The translations under genes and the position numbers were made by a program. A stretch of 64,000 nucleotides of DNA from Candidatus Acidiferrales bacterium (lineage in GTDB: Bacteria; Acidobacteriota; Terriglobia; Acidiferrales; UBA7541): contig JBJKQB010000352.1 in the NCBI GenBank assembly GCA_046705825.1, positions 9,013 to 73,012 on the forward strand, read 5' to 3'. The notes beneath the pieces were generated by a model that was not told the DNA's origin, did not search any database, and saw only the letters and a list, made by a program, of their open reading frames with translations. Shown here in pieces: positions 53,964 to 63,112 of this stretch (positions within the stretch are counted from its first letter, which is position 1; every line of letters starts with the position of its first letter).

Positions 53964-54521
53964 ATGCGGAAAGCAGTCGCTCTGGGCACCTTTCTTGTTC
54001 TGGGACTCGCAACGCTGGCGGCCTCGGGATGGGCCGGGCAGCAGAAAGCCAAGAAACCGCCGCTGAGCCCGCCGGCCAGCGCGGAGTGCAAGCTCCCCGG
54101 CGGGAAAACGATCCAAACGAAATATTCCAGCCCGCGCATGCGGGGACGCGTGATCTTCGCCGAAAAAGGGCTGGTACCCTACGGCAAAGTGTGGCGCGTG
54201 GGCGCGAATGAAGCCACCACGTTCGTGACCACGGCGGACCTCAGGGTGCAGCACAAAGTGATTCCCGCAGGCAGCTACACGCTGTTCGCCATTCCGGAGC
54301 CCAGCACCTGGACGCTGATCATCAGCAAGAAGACCGGCGAGTGGGGCATCCCGTATCCGGGCGAGCAGTACGATTTCGGAAGGTTCAAGATGCAGGTGGC
54401 GAAGCTGTCTTCGCCGCTCGAAAACTTCACCATTTCCTACGAGCCTTCGAGCAGCGGCTGCACGTTGAACCTGAAGTGGGCGACCACGCGGGCCTTCATC
54501 ACCTTTGCGGAAACGAAATAG
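53964..54521 (+). CDS. DUF2911 domain-containing secreted protein
   Basis: Signal peptide, then ...YSSPRMRGRVIFAEKGLVPYGKVWRVGANEATTF...IPAGSYTLFAIP...WTLIISKKTGEWG is typical of DUF2911. Confidence 0.8.
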   Translation: MRKAVALGTFLVLGLATLAASGWAGQQKAKKPPLSPPASAECKLPGGKTIQTKYSSPRMRGRVIFAEKGLVPYGKVWRVGANEATTFVTTADLRVQHKVIPAGSYTLFAIPEPSTWTLIISKKTGEWGIPYPGEQYDFGRFKMQVAKLSSPLENFTISYEPSSSGCTLNLKWATTRAFITFAETK

Positions 54522-54530
54522 CCGAGCTTG

Positions 54531-54588
54531 TCCGGAGGCAGTGCGCGGGGTCAGCGGCTGAAGTGCCGCTGAGGCCACCGCCTCCGGA
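54531..54588 (+). terminator. nested GC-rich hairpin downstream of the DUF2911 gene (terminator-like, no clear U-tract)
   Basis: Outer stem TCCGGAGGC (54531..54539) pairs with GCCTCCGGA (54580..54588). Inner stem CAGCGGC (54552..54558) pairs with GCCGCTG (54565..54571). Confidence 0.35.
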
Positions 54589-54813
54589 TTCCGCGCTCTT
54601 CGGCTCGATCAACGCTCTATCCGGGCGGCCGGGAAAGCGTGTACTATGGTCAGCCGGACGTCGCATTCCCGCCGGCGCGCTGCAGGATTGCCTTGCGGCG
54701 CAACTCTGACGACAATAGAAGCCCTCGGTCATTGGTGCAATGGTGATGTGTATCCGTCGCACGGGCTAAAGGCCTGAATCCAAGGAACAGAAGGAAAAGG
54801 AGACAAGGAATCG

Positions 54814-56001
54814 ATGGCTGGAAAGAAGAGGATCGGCATCCTGACGGGCGGAGGAGACGTTCCCGGCCTGAATCCGGTGATCAAGTCCGTGGTCTACCGC
54901 GCCAGCGAAATTGGCCGCGAAGTGACCGGCATTCGCCGCGGCTGGGAAGGTTTGACGCACATGAATCCCGCGCTCAATGCGGATTTGAACTACATCCGCC
55001 CGCTCACGCGCGAGAACACGCGCACCATCGACCGCACCGGCGGCACCGTGCTGCACACCTCGCGCACCAACCCGCGGAAGATGACGCCGGACCGGGTGCC
55101 GCAGCATATGTCCAAGGAGCAGCTCAAGCAGTTGCCGTTCGACGGCAAGTATTACGATTTCACTCCCGTGGTGCTGAAGAACCTGGAACAGTTGGGCATC
55201 GATTGCTTGGTAGCCATCGGTGGTGACGACACGTTGAGCTTTGCCTCCGTGCTGGACTCCAAAGGTTTTCCGTTGATCGCCATTCCCAAAACGATGGACA
55301 ACGACGTGCAAGGCACGGAGTATTGCCTCGGCTTTTCCACCGCGATCACGCGGGCCAAGGAACTGATTACGCGCCAGCGCACCACGCTGGGTTCGCACGA
55401 GCGCGTTGGCGTGTTCCGCATGTTCGGGCGCGATGCCGGGTTCACCGCACTGTATACCGCCTACGTCAGTTCCGCGCGCTGCCTGATCCCCGAATATCCC
55501 TTCGACCTGGACCATCTTTGCAGGCTGCTGCTGGAAGACAAGAACAACAATCCCAGCAATTACGCCCTGGTGGTGGTTTCCGAAGGCGCGGTGTGGAAGG
55601 AAGGATCGGTCGAGGAATACGGCGAGGCGGACGCCTACGGCCACCGCAAGAAAGTCGATATCGGGCACGCTCTCGGAGAGCAAATCAAGAAGCGCACCGG
55701 CCAGGAAATCATGGAGAGCGATTTGACCTACGACTTGCGCAGCGGCGAGCCGGACGCCATCGATCAGCTGGTCGCCATCACCTACGCGAACATTGCCGTC
55801 GATTTGATCCGCGACGGGCTGCGCGGCCGGCTGGTGGGCCTGCGCAACGGGTGCTACAGCCAGGTGCCGCTGGCCGAGCTGCCGTCCGGGTCGCGCAAAG
55901 TGGACGTGGAAAAGCTCTACAACATCGAGCGCTACCGGCCCAACTACACTTCCAAGCTGGGCGCGCCACTGCTGTTCAACAAGATTCCAGACGAAAGATA
56001 G
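54814..56001 (+). CDS. 6-phosphofructokinase, with residues characteristic of PPi-dependent enzymes
   Basis: IGILTGGGDVPGLN, AIGGDDTLSFA (Asp at the E. coli Gly104 position) and IPKTMDNDV (Lys at the Gly124 position). Confidence 0.85.
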   Translation: MAGKKRIGILTGGGDVPGLNPVIKSVVYRASEIGREVTGIRRGWEGLTHMNPALNADLNYIRPLTRENTRTIDRTGGTVLHTSRTNPRKMTPDRVPQHMSKEQLKQLPFDGKYYDFTPVVLKNLEQLGIDCLVAIGGDDTLSFASVLDSKGFPLIAIPKTMDNDVQGTEYCLGFSTAITRAKELITRQRTTLGSHERVGVFRMFGRDAGFTALYTAYVSSARCLIPEYPFDLDHLCRLLLEDKNNNPSNYALVVVSEGAVWKEGSVEEYGEADAYGHRKKVDIGHALGEQIKKRTGQEIMESDLTYDLRSGEPDAIDQLVAITYANIAVDLIRDGLRGRLVGLRNGCYSQVPLAELPSGSRKVDVEKLYNIERYRPNYTSKLGAPLLFNKIPDER

Positions 56002-56017
56002 CGATGGGGAGGCCACG

Positions 56018-56407
56018 ATGACCGGGACGGCACGAATCGGTGCGGCGGTGGTTTGCGCGGCGGCGCTTTTCTGCGGCGGGTACATCGCCGGACAGAATCG
56101 CTTCGGTCAGCCCAAGACGATCATTCACGTGGTGGAGGTGAAATGGAATCCGGGCGTCACCGACGCGCAAAAACAGCACGTCATGAACGGCGTGAAGGAA
56201 ATGGCCGCGCGCATTCCGGGAATCGAGAACATCTGGCTGCAGCCCGCCCGTTTGGAGCCGCGCGATTTCAGCTGGGCGTTCGCTATCGAGTTTCGCAACC
56301 GGGCCGCCGCCGATCGCTACGCCGAAAGCCCCGTCCACGCCGCGTGGGACAAGGAATACGTTCCTCTGCGCCAAGCCAGCGTTTCCGTGCAAGTCACGAA
56401 TCCGTGA
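56018..56407 (+). CDS. Dabb (stress-responsive A/B barrel) family protein with signal peptide
   Basis: IIHVVEVKWNPGVTDAQKQHVMNGVKEMAARIPGIENI...FAIEFRNRAAADRYAESPVH. Confidence 0.75.
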   Translation: MTGTARIGAAVVCAAALFCGGYIAGQNRFGQPKTIIHVVEVKWNPGVTDAQKQHVMNGVKEMAARIPGIENIWLQPARLEPRDFSWAFAIEFRNRAAADRYAESPVHAAWDKEYVPLRQASVSVQVTNP

Positions 56408-56506
56408 CGGCGGAGTCGCGAAGTTAGCCGGCCGAAATCAAAAGGCAAGAGAGAGACCCTTCGCTACGCTCAGAACGACAGCTCAATGCTGCTACGATGC
56501 CGGCGA

Positions 56507-57979
56507 TCATCGGCTCGCCGGCGATCTGCTTTGAGGCGCGGAATGCGTTTCCTGGCCGCTGACCGCCTGCCAACGCCCCTCACGCCACACGAACACATCG
56601 GTGAAGCGCGACCAGACAGCGTTCGCGAGCGGTGAAGCGCCTCGCGCGCCTCTCCGCGAAACCGCCGGCTCGGTGACCACTACCCCCGTAACAATCGCGA
56701 CGTCGCCCTTGGCAATGAAGCGCACTTTTGTATCCTCGAAACGCTGCTCTTGCGCCGGCGCAGAATGTGCGAGCGGGCGTGCTAAGTAGGCCAGATACTC
56801 GCTGCGCGGGATGGCATCGCCCTGCCAATCGCTGTCGACGAATTCCGAGCCGAGGATGCGCGCGAGAGTTTTCACGTCCCGGCGATGCAGTGCAGCCAGC
56901 CATTCGTGTTCGACGCGCATCACCGCGGTAGCGCTGCGTGGGTCGGCCGGAAGCTGACTCTGCGGCGCCTTCTTTCCGCTCGCAAGATAAGCAACATCCC
57001 GCAATGCGAAACAGGAGCGGCCCGCTTGGATGTCGCTCGGGCAACCGGCCCTCTCCCCACGAAGCAGCTCGGAGGATTTCCGTCGTTTCAACGCCGCTTG
57101 CTGGCGCCGCAGCGCCGTTTCGAAGGTCCGCTCCGCGCGGGCGACGTAGGCGCGATAGCCTTCCGGATCGATGAATGGATTTTTCTTCAGAGAATCCGCC
57201 AAGGCCGAGCGTTTGTCCGTCAGATCGAAAAACGAGCCGTGCGCGCCGAGGAAAACGTCGCAAGGGAGCGCTCGCAGCACCTTGAAGGAACGCTCGTAAT
57301 CCGCGGTCATGCCCGGATAGCTTTCTCTTCCCGCCAGGCGGTAGCCGGACAATACGCTCATGCTTCCTACGAACACGACGTGGAGCGGTTTGCCATGATC
57401 CTCTGTCGTCATGGTCCACGTGGTGCAGCCGCGCGTGTGGCCGGCCGTAAGATGCGCGGTCAGCATGACGCCGCCCAGTCTGACCGTGTCGCCATCGTGA
57501 ATGACGCGATCGGGCCGGATGGCCGGGAATGTGAGCCGGTCGCCAAAGTAGAAATCGCCGCGCCCGCCACGCGCCAGAAGAGCGGCGTCGCCCTGCATGG
57601 CCACGAATTGCGCGCCAGTGCGCCGTTTCAGTTCCGCGAGGCCGCCCGCGTGATCGAAATGGGCGTGGCTGTTGAGTAGAATCTTCACATTGGAGAGCTT
57701 GAAGCCAAGTTTCCGGATGTTGGCCTCGATCTGCGGCGCGGTCTGGACGAAGCCGCCGTCCAAAAGAATATCGCCCGCCGGTGTGACGATCAGAAACGAC
57801 GTCACATCGTTGGCGCCCACGTAATAAATGTTTCCCACGATGTGAAACGGCGCGACCGGGCTGTTCATTTCGCGCAACTCGGCTTCGCTTCGCCCCTGCG
57901 CCAGCAGCGGCATCAGCAGCGCAGCAACAAGAATGAGAAACCGCCCGCTCGCGCCTTTCCTGCCGGAACGATCGATCAA
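56507..57979 (-). CDS. subclass B3-like metallo-beta-lactamase fused to a C-terminal NTF2-like (DUF4440/SnoaL-like) domain
   Basis: Signal peptide; FHIVGNIYYVG, LLNSHAHFDHAGG (HxHxDH), TAGHTRGCTTW and LGAHGSFF. The C-terminal roughly 150 aa read EHEWLAALHRRDVKTLARIL...VAIVTGVV...FTDVFVWREGRWQAVSGQET. The TTG start overlaps the SDR stop (TTGA). Confidence 0.75.
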   Translation of the reverse strand: MIDRSGRKGASGRFLILVAALLMPLLAQGRSEAELREMNSPVAPFHIVGNIYYVGANDVTSFLIVTPAGDILLDGGFVQTAPQIEANIRKLGFKLSNVKILLNSHAHFDHAGGLAELKRRTGAQFVAMQGDAALLARGGRGDFYFGDRLTFPAIRPDRVIHDGDTVRLGGVMLTAHLTAGHTRGCTTWTMTTEDHGKPLHVVFVGSMSVLSGYRLAGRESYPGMTADYERSFKVLRALPCDVFLGAHGSFFDLTDKRSALADSLKKNPFIDPEGYRAYVARAERTFETALRRQQAALKRRKSSELLRGERAGCPSDIQAGRSCFALRDVAYLASGKKAPQSQLPADPRSATAVMRVEHEWLAALHRRDVKTLARILGSEFVDSDWQGDAIPRSEYLAYLARPLAHSAPAQEQRFEDTKVRFIAKGDVAIVTGVVVTEPAVSRRGARGASPLANAVWSRFTDVFVWREGRWQAVSGQETHSAPQSRSPASR

Positions 57980-58878
57980 CGTGGCTCCTTTTCCATGGCC
58001 GCTCGAACGTCATCGAGCCGGAATTGTTTGCGGATGGCCCGATCGAAGGCGCGTTCCGGCATCACGCGGCGCATGAACGCGGCGATTTTCGCCGGCCGCG
58101 TGACCAGATAGCGCGGCCGCGGTGGAGTCTCCTCGATAGCGCGCAGGATCACGCGCGCGCAATCTTCCGGCTGAGCCTTTGAGGAATGCCGCGTTTTCTC
58201 CCAGCCACCCAAGAAAGCAGCGTAAACGGCGCGATAGGGGCTGCGTTCTGCGGCCTTGGCATAAGCGGAAGACAGCTCCGCCGCCGTGCGATTCATGCTG
58301 GTTTCGATGTAGCCGGGCTCGATCAGGACCACGAAAATGCCGAAGGGATACAGCTCGTAGCGCATGGAGTCCCCGATCGCTTCGATGGCGTGCTTGCTCG
58401 AACTGTACGGCCCCAGAATGGGCGAAGCGATCTTGCCCGCGATCGAACTCATGTTGATGATGCGGCCGCGGCGCCGCCGGCGCATCGCCGGCAGAACTCG
58501 CTGTGCGACGCGCAGCGCACCAAAAATATTCGTGTCGTACTGTTTGTGCAAATCAGCGAGCGAGATTTCTTCCATGACTGCGGCAACTGCAATGCCCGCG
58601 TTGTTCACCAGCACATCGACGGGACCGGCCCGCCGCTCGATTTCCGACACGCATCCGTTCACCGAAGCATCGTCACAAACGTCGAGCTCCAGCGTCTCCA
58701 CGGGCAGTTTGCGTTCGCGCGCCAGCTGATCGAGGGCCGCGCGCCGCTCGGCGTTTCGTCCGCCCGCAAAGGCGCGATAGCCGCGCTCGGCCAACAGCAG
58801 AGCGGTAGCTCGGCCCAGGCCGTCCGTGCCTCCCGTAACGAGCACGACGCCGCGATTCGTGCCGGATGCGTCTGACAC
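57976..58878 (-). CDS. SDR family oxidoreductase (classical)
   Basis: VLVTGGTDGLGRA (TGxxxGxG), NNAG and the SSIAG...YSSSK catalytic motif. Confidence 0.9.
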   Translation of the reverse strand: MSDASGTNRGVVLVTGGTDGLGRATALLLAERGYRAFAGGRNAERRAALDQLARERKLPVETLELDVCDDASVNGCVSEIERRAGPVDVLVNNAGIAVAAVMEEISLADLHKQYDTNIFGALRVAQRVLPAMRRRRRGRIINMSSIAGKIASPILGPYSSSKHAIEAIGDSMRYELYPFGIFVVLIEPGYIETSMNRTAAELSSAYAKAAERSPYRAVYAAFLGGWEKTRHSSKAQPEDCARVILRAIEETPPRPRYLVTRPAKIAAFMRRVMPERAFDRAIRKQFRLDDVRAAMEKEPR

Positions 58879-59108
58879 TGTTCACCCCCCGCTCGAACGC
58901 CGCAATCTTGAACCGACTCACGCTACCGGAAATGCATCGAGAGTTCAATTGCGCCGGTTTCCGAAGCGCGGCCGGTACGCGGGCAGCGGCCTGCAGCGCA
59001 TCACGCTGGCGCGATCGCGCGGCTGAGGTCATGCGATTCAGAACCTACAGGGAACGCCCCATTGTCGCCGCCGCAGCCGCAGGAAAGAATCGCGGTCAGA
59101 GGTGGAAG

Positions 59109-59246
59109 ATGATCAAAAAGGTCAAAGGCGGATACAAAGTCGTTTCCGAAAAGTCGGGAAAGAATCTGGGCGGGCCGTACAAGTCGAAAGCTCAGGCGAA
59201 AAAGCGATTGCGCCAGGTCGAGTATTTCAAGCGAGCAAAGGGATAA
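59109..59246 (+). CDS. small basic hypothetical protein (45 aa)
   Basis: MIKKVKGGYKVVSEKSGKNLGGPYKSKAQAKKRLRQVEYFKRAKG. ATG preceded by gaggtggaag. Located inside a longer ORF in the track (58866..59246). Confidence 0.4.
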   Translation: MIKKVKGGYKVVSEKSGKNLGGPYKSKAQAKKRLRQVEYFKRAKG

Positions 59247-59328
59247 GCGCGCGAATCGGCCGAAGCGCCAGGCTTAGGGGCGCTGCTTGCTGCACCCATT
59301 CCAGAAGCACCTACCTCCACAGGCGGCT

Positions 59329-60408
59329 TCAGTCCGATTCGATGTGGACGAGTTCGCGCGATGACGGGCGCGATGCTCCGGAATACCATCGCGGCGGAGG
59401 CGGTTCTTCCGCCCGCAGGCGGTTCATGAAGCGGCCCACGCTGAGCGAGGCCTGGATGAAGTGATCGATCTTCAGCGGCCCTGCCAACTTCACATCGCGG
59501 ACCCAATGCAAGCCCGTGCTGATGGCGCAGCCGCATTGCGAGCAATCCGGTGTGCCGCCAAAGACGCACGGTTCGACCCGGCTGCGCAAATCCGCGGAAT
59601 AATTCGCGGACATCTTGGCGAACACGCAGTCGGCCGGGTTTTCCGGCGGGCAAACCAGCGCTTTCGCCACTCCTTCCCGGAACAGCAGTTTAGGATAGCG
59701 CTGGGCCAGGCGCGGCAGCTCCTTCGCCACGACCACACGGTCAGCCGGTGTCAGCGTTTCCGCGCTTTCTTCTCCGATTTGAGGCGTGTACACACTCACC
59801 CAGATGCGGTTGACCTCCCCTCGCGCGCTCCAGAACGCGACGTAATCTTCCAGATAACCGGGCCGCGACAACATCTGCCGGGTGATGACCCAATGGATGT
59901 TCACCTCGCGGCCCTCGATATTCTTCAAGATGCGCTCGTAGGTCGCCGGCTTGCGCCGCGGGTCGTGGTCCTCGGGCAGGCCGTCGACGGAAACAGCCAC
60001 GCGCACACGCGGCAGCTGCATCCATTCAGCCGGAATGGGAATCACTGCGCTGGTCACCACTAGCGTAAAAACGCGCATGCGGCTGAGTTCGGGAAGAATG
60101 CGGCTCAACTCGCGATGGCGAACGAGGGGCTCGCCCCCCACCAGCGAGACGTGCATGGGTTTGTGCTGGCGCACCAGATCGAGCACGCCGCTCACCAGCG
60201 CTTCGCCACGGAAGTCGCTCAACTGCGTGAGCGTCACATCGCCGCCCAAATGCATGTCGCCGTAGGCGTAACACCCCGGACAACTCAATGGGCATTCGCG
60301 AGTGATTTCAATCGAAAGAAGCGGGATTCGACCATTGAGGATGCGACCCCAGGCAGTGAGTAGTTCGCGCGAAGTCAGGCTTGGAGCAGGTACACGAGCT
60401 GTTGACAT
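59329..60408 (-). CDS. radical SAM protein with C-terminal Cys-rich (auxiliary-cluster-like) region
   Basis: SIEITRECPLSCPGCYAY (CxxxCxxC), SLVGGEPL, and the C-terminal CVFAKM...CVFGGTPDCSQCGCA. Confidence 0.8.
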   Translation of the reverse strand: MSTARVPAPSLTSRELLTAWGRILNGRIPLLSIEITRECPLSCPGCYAYGDMHLGGDVTLTQLSDFRGEALVSGVLDLVRQHKPMHVSLVGGEPLVRHRELSRILPELSRMRVFTLVVTSAVIPIPAEWMQLPRVRVAVSVDGLPEDHDPRRKPATYERILKNIEGREVNIHWVITRQMLSRPGYLEDYVAFWSARGEVNRIWVSVYTPQIGEESAETLTPADRVVVAKELPRLAQRYPKLLFREGVAKALVCPPENPADCVFAKMSANYSADLRSRVEPCVFGGTPDCSQCGCAISTGLHWVRDVKLAGPLKIDHFIQASLSVGRFMNRLRAEEPPPPRWYSGASRPSSRELVHIESD

Positions 60409-60546
60409 GGTCCCCCATTTGGCTGTCTAGAATTGGATGCGGTGAGAGTGGGCCGGGTGCGCTGAGTTGCTCATCCAATTTCCGAATGGGAACGATTCGT
60501 AACGCCCAAGCAGAGAGGAAAGTACAGTAGCGGCGGTGTCAGGGAA

Positions 60547-61017
60547 TTAGTGGATACCGGACCAGTCGTCGGCCAGAAGAATGGAATTGCTGGGATTGGA
60601 GGGATCATATTTAACGCTGGCCGTCTGGCCCACGGCAATCCGCTTCAGGTGTGCCTGTTCTTCCAGGCCCGTGACATCCTGCGCCGTTTCGTAGGTCACT
60701 CCGGAAATCGAATAGGAATAGTACAGGAGCTTCTGCGCGCCGTTCTTCACCACCAGGGTTCGCTTGCCCAGCAGGCGGGGGCGTCCGCTGCGGGCAGGCG
60801 GAGTTTCAAGCTTCGCCGCCGCTTCGCTTTCGCTGTGGTCAACCACTTCCATAATCTGGCCCTCGACGATGCGCCCGATGCGATTCAGATAGGCGCGGCG
60901 GTCGCGCTCCAGGGCCGCCGCATCGTCCGGCTTTTTCCGAAACAGAAAAAAAGCGGCGCCTCCGGCCAGCACGACCACCACCGCCGTGGGAAGAACGTTG
61001 CGCCAGTCGGTCACCAT
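60547..61017 (-). CDS. DUF3592-like membrane-anchored protein
   Basis: Start at ATG 61017 (MVTDWRNVLPTAVVVVLAGGAAFFLF). ...LLYYSYSISGVTYE...GQTASVKYDPSNPSNSIL fits the DUF3592 pattern. Confidence 0.5.
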   Translation of the reverse strand: MVTDWRNVLPTAVVVVLAGGAAFFLFRKKPDDAAALERDRRAYLNRIGRIVEGQIMEVVDHSESEAAAKLETPPARSGRPRLLGKRTLVVKNGAQKLLYYSYSISGVTYETAQDVTGLEEQAHLKRIAVGQTASVKYDPSNPSNSILLADDWSGIH

Positions 61018-61022
61018 GATGC

Positions 61023-61718
61023 TCACCTCGCGCCTTTGCGCATCGCCTCCGTCTGCGTGATGTCTCCCAGAACCGCGCGCACCTTTTCCCAATCCTTCAG
61101 GAAGTTTTCCAGGCCGCGGTCGGTCAGCGGATGCTTGAACAGCATTTCGAAAACTTTGAACGGCATGGTGCCGATGTGCGCGCCCATTTTGGCCGCCTCC
61201 ACCACGTGCAGCGGATGGCGCAGGCTGGCCGCGAGCACTTGGGTCTTGTAATCGTAGGCCCGGTAGATTTCGAGGATTTCGCGCAGCAGGCCCAGGCCGT
61301 CGATGGAAATGTCATCCAGGCGGCCGAGGAACGGGCTGACGATGTACGCCCCGGCCTTCGCCGCAATCAGCGCCTGGGACGGCGAGAACACCAGCGTCAC
61401 GTTCACCCGCACGCCCTCGCGCGACAGCTTGCTCAGCGCGCGCACTCCCTCCGGAATCATCGGAATCTTCGCGACCACGTTGGGATGCCAGCTCACCACT
61501 TCGTGCGCTTCGCGCAGCATCCCTTCATAATCGGTCGAGACCACCTCCGCGTTCACGATCCCGTCCTTCACGATCTCGCAGATTTCCAGAATCAGTTCGC
61601 GGAACGGCTTCTTTTCTTTCGCCGCCAGGCTGGGATTGGTGGTGACGCCGTCGAGAATTCCCAGGGCCGCGCCCTGGCGGATTTCACCCAGATTGGCTGT
61701 ATCGAGGAAGAATTTCAT
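61023..61718 (-). CDS. tal: short-type transaldolase / fructose-6-phosphate aldolase family
   Basis: MKFFLDTANLGEIRQGAALGILDGVTTNPSL, VVAKIPMIPEG, VNVTLVFS and SPFLGRLDD. Confidence 0.9.
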   Translation of the reverse strand: MKFFLDTANLGEIRQGAALGILDGVTTNPSLAAKEKKPFRELILEICEIVKDGIVNAEVVSTDYEGMLREAHEVVSWHPNVVAKIPMIPEGVRALSKLSREGVRVNVTLVFSPSQALIAAKAGAYIVSPFLGRLDDISIDGLGLLREILEIYRAYDYKTQVLAASLRHPLHVVEAAKMGAHIGTMPFKVFEMLFKHPLTDRGLENFLKDWEKVRAVLGDITQTEAMRKGAR

Positions 61719-61760
61719 GATGGCAAAACCTCGCTTGCACCGCTCCCCGGGAGCGGAAAT

Positions 61761-62615
61761 TCACTCCTCAGGACTCACCACGCTGTTGCGCAGGATTCCG
61801 ATGCCGCTCACACTGACTTCCACCACATCTCCCCTCGCCAGCGGTCCCACCCCTGCGGGAGTTCCTGTGGCGATGACGTCGCCAGGTTCCAGCGTCATCA
61901 CCTGCGCGATATAACGAATTATAACATCCAGGGAAAAAATCATTTCGGCGACGCAAGCGCGCTGTTTACTCATTCCATTCACCCGTGTTTCCACCGTAGC
62001 GCGCGGGTCGAGGCTGGTCTCCAGGACAGGCCCGAACGGGCAGAAGGTGTCGAATCCCTTGCCGCGCGTCCATTGGCCGTCGCGCTTCTGCAAGTCCCGC
62101 GCGGTCACGTCGTTCAGGCAGGTGTAGCCCGCAATGTAGGAAGACGCGCCTTCCGCCGCCCCTAAATTGCGGCAGCGCCGCCCTATGACCACCGCCAGCT
62201 CTCCTTCGTAATCCACGCGCTGGGAAATCGCCGGCAGCACGATGGGATCCTCCGGCGCGATCACCGCGGACGGAGGCTTCAGGAAGATGAGCGGCTCTTT
62301 AGGCGTTTCGTTGCCCAGTTCCTTGGCGTGCTCTGCGTAATTGCGGCCGACGCACACGATCTTGCTGGGATTTGAAGGAGGCAGGAATTTGACTTCCCCC
62401 ACAGACCATTGATTCTCCGTGCGCGGAAGGGCCGGCGGCGGTTGGCTGCCGAGTCTCGCCAACGCGCCAAGAATTTCGTCGATTTCCGCCGAGAGCTCGT
62501 ATATTTCTTCGCCTTCGATGATTCCGGCGCGCGGGCGCGGATGGACTTCCCGTTCGCCGCGCACGGCGACTTCCTCCACGGAAAAATCGAGCGGCTGAAA
62601 CCGGCAGAGTTTCAT
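61761..62615 (-). CDS. fumarylacetoacetate hydrolase (FAH) family protein
   Basis: Start at ATG 62615 (MKLCRFQ...), overlapping the upstream stop as [44 protein letters not shown] and [13 protein letters not shown]. Confidence 0.85.
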   Translation of the reverse strand: MKLCRFQPLDFSVEEVAVRGEREVHPRPRAGIIEGEEIYELSAEIDEILGALARLGSQPPPALPRTENQWSVGEVKFLPPSNPSKIVCVGRNYAEHAKELGNETPKEPLIFLKPPSAVIAPEDPIVLPAISQRVDYEGELAVVIGRRCRNLGAAEGASSYIAGYTCLNDVTARDLQKRDGQWTRGKGFDTFCPFGPVLETSLDPRATVETRVNGMSKQRACVAEMIFSLDVIIRYIAQVMTLEPGDVIATGTPAGVGPLARGDVVEVSVSGIGILRNSVVSPEE

Positions 62616-63112
62616 CGCAGGTGAGTGTCGATCTGGCCGGGGCGGCGCCGCGCAGCAATCGGGTGCCGCTTGGCTTCCAGCACCATTCTTCCGACCCAGG
62701 CTCCCGTCGCGACCACGCCGTAGATGGCGCCGCCTTCCAGCAGCGCCTGCAGCGGCGTGCGCAGCGCCGAGAACAACCCGAGGAAGACCACGCCCGCGAA
62801 TTCGTAGGCAACGACAAAGATGATCCACGCGGTCATGGCGGAGGCAAACAGTTTGACCGGGCGGTCCAGGAAACGGAAAACGGGTATCAGCATGAACAGC
62901 ACGAACAGGCTGTAGGAAACCGCATTCCTCTCCAGCGCGTAAGGCTCTAGCGCGGGAATCCGGTTGGCCGCGATCAGCGCTCCGAACATCACTACGACCA
63001 GCAGGCAGCCCGTATAGATTCCGGTGATCAGCGCAGGACGACCCGCGGGCTGTTGCGCCACGTGCGGTGGAACTTCAGAAGCTGCTGTCGAGCGAGCGTC
63101 ATTTTCCGTCAC
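62612..63112 (-). CDS. hypothetical membrane protein (about 4 TM)
   Basis: 166 aa. The GTG start overlaps the upstream stop (GTGA). Hydrophobic segments [34 protein letters not shown] and [22 protein letters not shown]. Confidence 0.5.
   Translation of the reverse strand: MTENDARSTAASEVPPHVAQQPAGRPALITGIYTGCLLVVVMFGALIAANRIPALEPYALERNAVSYSLFVLFMLIPVFRFLDRPVKLFASAMTAWIIFVVAYEFAGVVFLGLFSALRTPLQALLEGGAIYGVVATGAWVGRMVLEAKRHPIAARRRPGQIDTHLR

Noticed and set aside
56580-58013. 477-aa minus-strand ORF in a different frame from the MBL gene
   Set aside because: The alternate frame is Arg-rich nonsense. The 56507..57979 frame carries the HxHxDH metallo-beta-lactamase motifs.
59109-59246. The 45-aa ORF as a RiPP precursor for the adjacent radical SAM enzyme
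   Set aside because: The orientation is convergent. The peptide is Lys-rich without a Cys/Ser/Thr core or leader-like features, and there is no transporter or peptidase nearby.
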